From an uncultured delta proteobacterium (lineage in GTDB: Bacteria > Desulfobacterota > Desulfobacteria > Desulfobacterales > JAFDCJ01): DNA of 64,000 bases. The DNA is taken from NCBI GenBank assembly GCA_963769935.1, contig CAVYNY010000009.1, forward strand, positions 315,671-379,670. Reading direction: 5' to 3'. Shown in pieces: positions 53,843 to 61,865 of the stretch; position 1 is the first letter of the stretch, and each line of letters opens with the position of its first letter. A model generated the notes under the pieces. The model was not told the origin of the DNA and searched no databases. It saw only the letters and a list, made by a program, of their open reading frames with translations. A program made the position numbers and the translations under genes.

Positions 53843-54250
53843 TTATTTCACATCAATCGTCTCATTAATATTTAAAAAGGTTAAAACGACCTTAGCAAAT
53901 TCGATAGGTGCTTCAGTTATCAAATGGTGAGTTCCATTTTTGAATTGAACCAGCCATGCCCCAGGAATTGCGGAAGCGAGAATTTTTGAACTTTCAATTC
54001 CGACTATGTGATCCGAAGTTCCAACAATAAACATGACCTGATTAGAAATGGAAGGTAGTTGATCCATTGGGGTCTTCCAATGAATTGTAGCTAAAAGTTG
54101 CCGTATTACGGTTGGGTTGTCAGGTGTTTTACCTGTTAAAGCTTTAGCGACTTCACATCCATCTGCAGAGGTCGCGTGGATAATTGCTTTATTAAAATAG
54201 TCCGGATACTCCAGTAATAGTTCTTGGGTGATCACACTTCCCAGGAAGGG
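53843..54250 (-). pseudogene. Alpha/beta hydrolase, 5'-truncated cassette gene
   Basis: Begins at the nucleophile elbow (LGSVITQEL); GTSDHIV, GTHHL. Confidence 0.7.
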
Positions 54251-54263
54251 ATTATGAAGGGCA

Positions 54264-55301
54264 TTAAGGGACGTTCCTCGGATTTTCGGATTTGTTCTCT
54301 TCCAGGAGATTCCATCCGTGCTCTTCGACTATTTTCCGTCCTCTCATCGCGGATTCGCTCGCCGTCGAGGCTGCGATGTTCAGTCTTTTCGATATCGAAA
54401 CCGCGCTCAGCCCGAGTTCTCGGGTCCCCCAATAACATAGCACACTTCGAGCCTGTACCATTTTTCGTTGCTTTCCGCCAGTCAATAACTCCTTGAAAGT
54501 AAGACCGAATAAACCAAGCACGCGATCCACCAACCAGTCAAAGTCGTACCCCAATTCTCGGATTCTATACTTTCGATCTAAATTCTCTTGAGCAGCCTTT
54601 AATACGGTCTCGACGAAATCCCCCTGGCCAAGGATGCGTTCATCACCTTTCATCCTGCTCTCATCGTTGCGCATGGCCCTCAATGCGGACCACCCTCCGG
54701 CGCTTCTCACCAACCCACCTCCCGTCAACTCGGGCCGGCGTCCCGCCGCAACCCCCTTCTTTACAAACTCAAGATAAAGCCTGCGGGCTTCCGGGACCTT
54801 CTTTCCAAAAAGATTAAGGATATAATCAACATCCTGAAAGCGAGGCTCGTTCTTTCCCATCAAAACGCAATGTCCGCAGTAAGGGTATTTATTTAACATT
54901 TTTATATCCTTCACGATTCTGGCTCGCAAGGGATTCAAGTGAATATAGCGCACCAGTTCCAACAGGTATGGATCTTCTTGACATAATACGGACTTGTATC
55001 GATTCTGGAACAAGTGACCATGGCGACGATGACGCCGATTGAAACTCACTGCATATCCGGTCAAAAGTTTACGCATTACCGTGGCAATAGGGGCGGTACC
55101 TGTCCTCAATAATAAGTGGAGGTGATTTGTCATAAACGCCCATGCAAAACAGGGCGTCTGACTGTCCGACAGGATATCGCCAAGTCGATCTAAAAAATCA
55201 TCACGATCGGGATCATCAAAAAAAATCTTTCTTCGATTAATCCCCCTCACGATGATATGGTGCAAGGCTCCAGGAGCATCTATACGGGCTTTTCTTGGCA
55301 T
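54264..55301 (-). CDS. Y1/HUH transposase (RAYT-like) with C-terminal DnaA-like HTH
   Basis: LHHIIVRG, HUH in MTNHLHLL, GHLFQNRYKS, LVRYIHLNP, ARSVLCYWGTRELG. Confidence 0.92.
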   Translation of the reverse strand: MPRKARIDAPGALHHIIVRGINRRKIFFDDPDRDDFLDRLGDILSDSQTPCFAWAFMTNHLHLLLRTGTAPIATVMRKLLTGYAVSFNRRHRRHGHLFQNRYKSVLCQEDPYLLELVRYIHLNPLRARIVKDIKMLNKYPYCGHCVLMGKNEPRFQDVDYILNLFGKKVPEARRLYLEFVKKGVAAGRRPELTGGGLVRSAGGWSALRAMRNDESRMKGDERILGQGDFVETVLKAAQENLDRKYRIRELGYDFDWLVDRVLGLFGLTFKELLTGGKQRKMVQARSVLCYWGTRELGLSAVSISKRLNIAASTASESAMRGRKIVEEHGWNLLEENKSENPRNVP

Positions 55302-55359
55302 GCCATTTCAATAACAAATAATTCGTCTCCTGTAAACCGTAAATCCGAGGAACGTCCCC
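54267..55359 (-). mobile_element. RAYT/TIRYT-like element bounded by 23-bp inverted repeats
   Basis: (A/G)GGGACGTTCCTCGGATTT(T/A)CGG at 54267..54289 and inverted at 55337..55359 (21/23 match). Confidence 0.85.
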
Positions 55360-55497
55360 TATAGCCCTCCCCTTGAAGCCTATCAATGCGAAGCAACTAA
55401 ATCCTAGTAAAGTGCAATTAAGCCAATCCAATTTAGAACAGTCATAATATTCGGAATTAGCGTGTTTCTATTTAAAGTTACTATCTATGTCTCATAC

Positions 55498-55626
55498 TCA
55501 TAACGTGGAAGTGAGGGGCCGGGCAGGGATTGCCTAAACTCTAAATAATGACCACAACCTGCTGAAAAACAATAGTTGTAAAAATGGCACGGCTTTGCCC
55601 GTTCCCTCTCCACTGATTTGTTCTGC
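55498..55626 (-). repeat. attC site
   Basis: GCAGAAC aaatcagtggagagggaacgggc...gcccggcccctcacttccac GTTATGA. Confidence 0.88.
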
Positions 55627-55629
55627 ATC

Positions 55630-55860
55630 TCAGTGAGTCTTAATATGGTTGTTAAATTTTTCCGCCAACTCCAAAATTGAAAGTTGAAGGCCTGCTATCT
55701 TTTGAATTGCCCAAGCTTGAAAAATTTCATCCTTACGATTCTTGTCATTAGGATGCTCTTCAATATACGATTGATAATGCGCATGGAATTCATAGATTAG
55801 GTCCTCAGTTTTTGCATCAACTCTTTTTAAACTTTCCGCTAATTTATCAGCACTTGACAT
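55630..55860 (-). CDS. Small hypothetical protein, 76 aa (cassette)
   Basis: SD AAGGGAG, ATG at 55860, fills the space between two attC sites. Confidence 0.7.
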   Translation of the reverse strand: MSSADKLAESLKRVDAKTEDLIYEFHAHYQSYIEEHPNDKNRKDEIFQAWAIQKIAGLQLSILELAEKFNNHIKTH

Positions 55861-55884
55861 GTGTTCTCCCTTTAAATGTTGGTA

Positions 55885-55951
55885 GCAGAACGTAGGCTTC
55901 AGCGGGAGCGGCCGCTTTTTGGCCGCGATCCGCTGAAAGCCATGGTTCTGT
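55885..55951 (-). repeat. attC site
   Basis: ACAGAAC catggctttcagcgg...ccgctgaagcctac GTTCTGC. Confidence 0.9.
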
Positions 55952-55957
55952 GCTCTT

Positions 55958-56352
55958 TTATATCTGATATTCTTCGATAAAATTCGGCTCTCCAATCTCC
56001 TTGGTAAATGCCGATTTTGCCTTCAAATGCAATTTTTTCCCATACATGGTGAAAAGAACCAACTCCATTTTGCGATCAGTTTGAAATGGCAATTTCATCA
56101 TATTTACCGATTTATTGCCATCAATGATGAAGAATCCATAATCAATATCATTTGGCAAATCATCAGGGAACTCGATGACAGTTACCCCTAAACAAATAAG
56201 CTCAATTTTCTGAACCAGCCGGTTCCTTTGCTAATTCCGGGTGTACCTCCGCTATGGTGAACATAAGCTTCATCAAAATAAAGAATTGCCTCATCGTTGG
56301 TAACTTTAATTTCTTTTAAAGTAGAATCGTGAAATTCAATTTCTCTGTTCAT
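55958..56352 (-). CDS. Hypothetical protein, about 130 aa (cassette; frameshift near 56210)
   Basis: MNREIEFHDSTLKEIKV...GTGW then IELICLGVTVIEFPDDLPNDID...EEYQI*. Confidence 0.65.
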
Positions 56353-56361
56353 GATTTACAC

Positions 56362-56466
56362 ACAGAACGTCCTGCGATGAGCAGCGGCCCAATTTCAGAC
56401 AAATTTTGCAAGGCCTTTACGTAAAACCGCAGTCTTCACGCCGTCTGCTCCACCGACTGGTTGGGC
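56362..56466 (-). repeat. attC site
   Basis: GCCCAAC cagtcggtggagcagacggc...gccgctgctcatcgcaggac GTTCTGT. Confidence 0.9.
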
Positions 56467-56467
56467 G

Positions 56468-57892
56468 TTATTGCAATTCAAGACATTTTCGCAACCCGTA
56501 GTGAACCGAACATTTCTTTCTAACCCTAAACCTTTTTGTCGGTTCTCTATATTTGAAATCAGGAGTCGTCCTATCTGGCGAGTCAAAAATTCCAATCGCA
56601 CTAAAATCAAAGAGCTTACCCAGAATGTTATTTACAGATGTATCAGACTGAATACTCGCCTTTTGGAAGTACCTGTTTATATCTTTGGCATAAAAGGAAC
56701 TTTTTCCATGATCGCGAATAGCCTCAAGAACTGACTCTATATCAGGCACAAGCGCAGACACTTCATCGACCAGTTCATCTCGAAACCAGTCACTATATTC
56801 GGTTTCGGCAGCGATGAATGCTTGCCGATTCGCAATAGAGAGCTGCTGTTTTCGACAAACACGCTGAAGGCATTTTGTGAATTCAATAACATCTCGAGGT
56901 CTGAGGAATGTTCTAGCAAGTAACCAGGAAAAGGGCTTAACATTCCCTCTAATTTTATCTTTAGTTGTGATACGTCGCCAATAGTCCGTAGCTTCATTAG
57001 GTACCTGGTCCATTGAGGCACCAATGCGCAAGTTGATCATATTAAAAAGGGATGATGTCATAGGTGAACCATGCCCTATAGACCAGTCGATATCTAACCG
57101 CCTATCCTTGATTTTATTTCTATCAGAATACTGCAGTTTTTTATATATATCATCTCGCAAGAGCGCAACAGCTCTTATTGTCTTGTGATTTGCCTCACAA
57201 GTTGAATTAATCTGATCTAACGCCTTTAGCAAACCAATTAGTATATCGTTATAATCATCAGGCCTTGCCTCATAAATATCATCCAATTCATCGCAAAACA
57301 GAATATATTTATTTGCAAGATTTGCAGATCGTATCAGACATTCCTCTAAGCTATCAAGGTACCGCAGTAAGTCTATTTCTTCTTCTCTATCCTTAGTTTT
57401 TTTAACAACATGCGCTTCAACAACCTTTACACGGAGCTTCATACCCTTTTCAATTGTTGATGACAGGTAGTCAACTGCCTTTGCCTTAAGGTCAGGGCAA
57501 TTCAATTCTAAAAATGCAGACAGCTGTTGACTCTCAACCGGTGGGACAGACTGGTCGCGAATCACCAATTTCGACAACTCAAGAAGTAGGATATATCGCC
57601 ATACTGGAACGAACTTTGAAGCCCCAGCGAAGCGTGAATCCTGAAACTTATCGATAAGACCAAGAGGTATGTCTCTGCCGGAAATCACATCAGCTATTTG
57701 GTCATATGTATTTATTGAGGTTTTAATTATGTATGTAGATATAGCTGTTTTACCAGAGCCTTTTCTTCCAACAATCAAATGTATTTTACCGTCAATAACT
57801 TTTTTGACCTCACCCGTGTCATAAAAGTAGCGCTCTAAATTATCATACTTTGCTTCATTAGATCCAAAATCTATCACTCGTATATCGTACAT
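56468..57892 (-). CDS. P-loop ATPase (FunZ/Sll1717-like) (cassette)
   Basis: Walker A GRKGSGKT, Walker B LFCDELDD, LLRDDI, RTFLRPRD; SD AGGAGG before ATG 57892. Confidence 0.8.
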   Translation of the reverse strand: MYDIRVIDFGSNEAKYDNLERYFYDTGEVKKVIDGKIHLIVGRKGSGKTAISTYIIKTSINTYDQIADVISGRDIPLGLIDKFQDSRFAGASKFVPVWRYILLLELSKLVIRDQSVPPVESQQLSAFLELNCPDLKAKAVDYLSSTIEKGMKLRVKVVEAHVVKKTKDREEEIDLLRYLDSLEECLIRSANLANKYILFCDELDDIYEARPDDYNDILIGLLKALDQINSTCEANHKTIRAVALLRDDIYKKLQYSDRNKIKDRRLDIDWSIGHGSPMTSSLFNMINLRIGASMDQVPNEATDYWRRITTKDKIRGNVKPFSWLLARTFLRPRDVIEFTKCLQRVCRKQQLSIANRQAFIAAETEYSDWFRDELVDEVSALVPDIESVLEAIRDHGKSSFYAKDINRYFQKASIQSDTSVNNILGKLFDFSAIGIFDSPDRTTPDFKYREPTKRFRVRKKCSVHYGLRKCLELQ

Positions 57893-57923
57893 ACTGCCTC
57901 CTGAAAAAATCAAAGGGATTCAA

Positions 57924-58051
57924 GCCCAACGGGGCGTTTCACCTGCCGGCGGTGGGCTTTAACAATAAAGCTCGGATTGAAAAATCGAATACAAATCGAA
58001 TGTTGCAGGCCGCAAGATATAGCCGGTCAGAGTGCAAACGCATGGTTAGGA
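57924..58051 (-). repeat. attC site
   Basis: TCCTAAC catgcgtttgcactctgaccggc...gccggcaggtgaaacgcccc GTTGGGC. Confidence 0.9.
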
Positions 58052-58066
58052 ATTTTCTCAAACTTT

Positions 58067-58381
58067 TTATATGTTAAAGAAATTTTTTTTGATTATTCTC
58101 AGTCCACAATGGACGCATTCATTTCTAAATGGATTTAACAAACCCCAAAAACCTTGAAAGTACCTCTCACAGCGAGGGCACTTGGTAAAAGAAAAATAAA
58201 AATATAGAAAAAATCAACGAGATAGCAAAAAGAAAATATACTAACTTAACGGCAAAATAGTTATTCTCGACAAAATTTAATATAAACATAATCGGCATCA
58301 AAATAAGAAAAAGAAAAACAGGTAGACGTTTCCTTCTCCTTAATTTTTTAATGCCGATAGTAAATCAGACTCATCTGTCAT
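58067..58381 (-). CDS. 2-TM protein with C-terminal zinc ribbon (cassette; two homopolymer frameshifts)
   Basis: Reconstructed MTDESDLLSALKKLRRRKRLPVFLFLILMP..TKCPRCERYFQGFWGLLNPFRNECVHCGL; absent from the ORF track. Confidence 0.6.
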
Positions 58382-58391
58382 ATGGCGATAT

Positions 58392-58522
58392 TCCTAACGG
58401 TTGAGTTGTGGGGCCGGGAAGCAATGAATTAGTGAAATTAAAAATGGCACATAATTGGTATCAACCACGACTTTGAAAAAAGCCACGGTTTTTCCCGGAC
58501 CCACACCAGCGAATTGTTGGGC
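58392..58522 (-). repeat. attC site
   Basis: GCCCAAC aattcgctggtgtgggtccgggaa...ttcccggccccacaactcaacc GTTAGGA. Confidence 0.9.
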
Positions 58523-58530
58523 AACCCTAC

Positions 58531-59686
58531 TTACCCAGCCTTGGACGACGCTTCGTCGCCGCATATGATACCCGCTGCCTCGATCAGCTGGACCCATTCG
58601 TCGCTGACCTTTCTGGCTTCCAACATCACCATCAATCCCTGCCGTAGTCGCCTCAAAACAGGCCGGAGGTCTCGCGACATTTTCTCGATAGGCGCGATGG
58701 CATCAATCATCCCTTTAGCAGATCCGAGCCCCTCACGAGAAGCTGCAGACATGGTTCGAATTGCCTCGAAGAATTCACACACTCCCGCCTTCGCTTCGGG
58801 CTCGCGCTCGATCTCGGACGCGGCATGCTCGATTATGGTACGGAATCCCAGGTCAACTTCGTGGAGCTGTGATGCGAATTCGTTACCGAAGGATCGGATA
58901 CGCTCGACCGGGTCAGTTAGATGACGGGCAACTCCCCTAGCGAACGACCAGTCGTGCAGCAAATCCCTTACCTTGGTTCTCGCGACCCTGGATGTCCGCC
59001 GTGGCCTCCTGCATTGTCTGTCCGATCAGTTCGATATCCTTTCCAATCGCGGTGATCGTCTCGACAAGCCTCGGAAGCGCGTCTTCCGCCGCAGCAATTC
59101 GATCAATGAACCCAGGTGATTCATCCGCGCCTTCGGAACCACCCTCCTCGACTTCCAGGACACGGGCAGCGATATCGACACCTTCAACCTGTCGATTAGC
59201 CTCAACTATCCTCGCCGCTAGCCGCGCTACGGCCTTCCGATAGTTTCCCGACGAGGTCTCTTCAAACCGCAGCTCGCGCCAGTCGTCCCACTGGAACGCC
59301 TGGACAACTGCCAGTAGATCGTCCTGCGGAGATTCGTCGTGAAGGCCGGCCACATCAAGGTAGAGCAATGGGAGCACGAGCTCCTTGATTCCAAGATTTG
59401 TTGCCTTTCTGGAGAAAAACTGCAGTTCCCTACGACATTCAGGGCTCATGAAGTACCTGGGCGTCAGCACTGGTATGAAGAAAGCAACTGAAGCAAGGCT
59501 GGAGTCGATTTTGTCCTTCCAATTGTCGCCCCATTTGATCGCGTCCTGGTCCAGAAATAGTTCGAGGGCTTCACCCGTTAGCATCTCAAATTGGCCCTTT
59601 ACGTCTTTTGCCAGTCTTGAGATTCGGCCGCCTTCGGCCTCGTCATCGGCGTGGACGTAAGACCAGAATCCTTGTAAAGTCGCCAT
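58531..59686 (-). CDS. TIR-domain protein with helical C-terminal domain (cassette; frameshift near 58945)
   Basis: GFWSYVHAD, LFLD..IKWGDNW, FFIPVLTPRYFMSPECRRE; two collinear ORFs fill one cassette. Confidence 0.85.
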
Positions 59687-59712
59687 AGAACTTCTCTGAC
59701 TTTCGTGGGTCA

Positions 59713-59965
59713 GCCCAACGCCGCCTTCACCAGTTCATCTGGTGAAAGGCGTGGTTGGGAATTTTGGTCAATAAGCTCAAGCAGGTTATCGCTATAAACA
59801 AAACAAGCTGTGAAGGATGAAGACCTACCCCCTTTTTCCAGGCTTTAGCCAGATGATTACTTAAACAGCTATTTTTAAGTCCAAAAACATCGCTCTAAGA
59901 CCAAAAAACGGCCCTATTTTTGACCTAAACCCTCATCAAATAAGAATAGAGCTTGGTCCGACCCC
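59713..59965 (-). repeat. 253-bp non-coding module, copy 2 (GGGGTCGGACC end + 48-bp attC at 59713..59760)
   Basis: Ungapped match to 51700..51952. Confidence 0.9.
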
Positions 59966-60119
59966 GAATCACACTGCTGGTAAAGACCGAACATTTCCGA
60001 CGATCTGAGCAAACAACTGGTCACCACTGATTGCGGATCCTTGAGACTCTGTTTGTACAAGAGCAATTCTCGAACCACAGCGGACTATTTGATCCAACAC
60101 TGTCTAAGCGCCTAACGGA

Positions 60120-61865
60120 CTATAGGTTCAGAGCTTCTATGTTGTCGACTCCGAACCAGTCGCCGACCGTCTGCATGGCCGCGGCGGAAAGCTCTTGTGT
60201 AAAGAGAACGGCCAGACGCCTCTTCGGCCTCGAACAGGTGACGTAGAAGAGATTCCGATTGCGCTCGAAGGCGGCTTCTTTGTTGGCAGGAATCTGTGCG
60301 CCCTGTCCCGCCAATTCGAGCATCTCGTTGAAGTTATACCTGTTCCAGCCTCTGCCGACGACGACGAGGACGTTCTCGAACTCGGCACCCTTGACGCCGT
60401 GCTTCGTCTCGAACGGAGAATGGCCCGACAGGTAGCGGCACAGGGCGACGATTTCCCGGTACGAAACGGCCCGGAGGTCGCCGAGCTCCTTCAGCGCTCG
60501 CGGCATGTCCTCGCCGGCCTCCGGGTCGAACTCCCGCAATTCGCGTTCGCGCCGCTCGACGGCATCGGGAACCCTCGGCCGGCGCACCGCAAGCAAATGA
60601 TCCACCACGTCGCCGACCGTCGCGCTGGCTCTCAACTCGATGAGCCTGTCCATGGCCTCGGACCATTTCTTCTTGTCGGCCTGAGCGCGGATCGCCGGCA
60701 CGTTGGAACCGAGTGCACGGAACATCTCCCCGTACTTCTTGGAGAGGTAAGCCTCACAGGCCGGCTCCAGAGCGTCGGCGAAATAGGCGATATGCGGATG
60801 CTCCTTGTTCGTGAAGGACTCGTTGAACGCGAAGACCGTCGGAATGCTGGGATATCCCTGCTTGCCGGCAAGCACGCGATGGGTGAGCATCAAGATCTTG
60901 GTGGTCTCGGGAGACAGATCCCAGCCGTCTTCGCCAAGACGATCGAGGACGGTCTGAAGCGCCCGGTCTGCGGCTTCGGTAGGAAGGTCTCCGCCCCAGT
61001 GGCCGCCGGTCTGACGGGCACCTGTCCAAGTGTTCGTATGAAAGATGCGGATGCTGCCCTGTTCGTTCGGATCGACGACGAATTGAGGCAGTTCGGGCCT
61101 CATGCGGTTCAGGCATTCGACGACCGTCGAAACCGACCGGAAGTTCGCCTGCTTGCCGACGACCGTCAGGCTTGGATGCTCGATCTTTCCGCATCCGTCG
61201 CCATAGATTTTCTGCCAGTGGTCGCCGAAGAAGCCGAATTGTGGCGATCCCTCCTGTCCGAGGAAGTGGGTCTTGATCGAGTCGATCCAGTCGGCGTTGG
61301 TGTCCTGATACTCGTCGATCAATATGATCGGGTACTTGTCCGCCAGGATGCGCCTGAACTTGGCGTTGTCCATGAGAGCGATAGTCAGGATAAGAACGTC
61401 GTCGTGATGGATGGAGACACGACGGTCGTTGATGCTTCTGTGCCCAAGCTCGTACTCGACGGCACGCTCGCCGAGGTCGCCGACTTCGGCGATCCTGTCG
61501 GGCCAGTGCTGGAGCTGCGGCAGCCGTTCCCGGAGTTGTCTTTGGAAACCGCTGATGAGCGACCAGCAGAATGCGTGGATCGTATTGCAATAGATGAGCG
61601 GGCTCCGGTCGGTCCGGGCGTCGATCTCGTCCTTCGCCACGTTGGTGAAGGTGATGCACGCGATCTTCTGATGCCGCTGCGGCAGAATGTGCTCGTAGCG
61701 GTCCATGAGGAAGTGGAGCGCCTTGACGAGCGTGTAGGTCTTTCCGGCGCCAGCGCCGGCTTCGACGAGGAAGCTCTCTTTGCGCTCAAGGCAGCCATAC
61801 ACCTCAGCGAGGGCTTTTTGGCTGGCCTCTTCGGCCGGGTTCAATTGTTCCACGACCTCAGCCAT
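60120..61865 (-). CDS. gajB: UvrD-like helicase, Gabija GajB
   Basis: AGAGAGKT, ITFTN, LIDEYQD, FGDHWQKIY, NFRS, TKHGVKGAEF, FYVTCSR; start overlaps the gajA stop. Confidence 0.85.
   Translation of the reverse strand: MAEVVEQLNPAEEASQKALAEVYGCLERKESFLVEAGAGAGKTYTLVKALHFLMDRYEHILPQRHQKIACITFTNVAKDEIDARTDRSPLIYCNTIHAFCWSLISGFQRQLRERLPQLQHWPDRIAEVGDLGERAVEYELGHRSINDRRVSIHHDDVLILTIALMDNAKFRRILADKYPIILIDEYQDTNADWIDSIKTHFLGQEGSPQFGFFGDHWQKIYGDGCGKIEHPSLTVVGKQANFRSVSTVVECLNRMRPELPQFVVDPNEQGSIRIFHTNTWTGARQTGGHWGGDLPTEAADRALQTVLDRLGEDGWDLSPETTKILMLTHRVLAGKQGYPSIPTVFAFNESFTNKEHPHIAYFADALEPACEAYLSKKYGEMFRALGSNVPAIRAQADKKKWSEAMDRLIELRASATVGDVVDHLLAVRRPRVPDAVERRERELREFDPEAGEDMPRALKELGDLRAVSYREIVALCRYLSGHSPFETKHGVKGAEFENVLVVVGRGWNRYNFNEMLELAGQGAQIPANKEAAFERNRNLFYVTCSRPKRRLAVLFTQELSAAAMQTVGDWFGVDNIEALNL

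Noticed and set aside
58531..59686. Thoeris or CBASS assignment for the TIR gene
   Set aside because: No ThsA (SIR2/Macro) or nucleotide cyclase gene in the window
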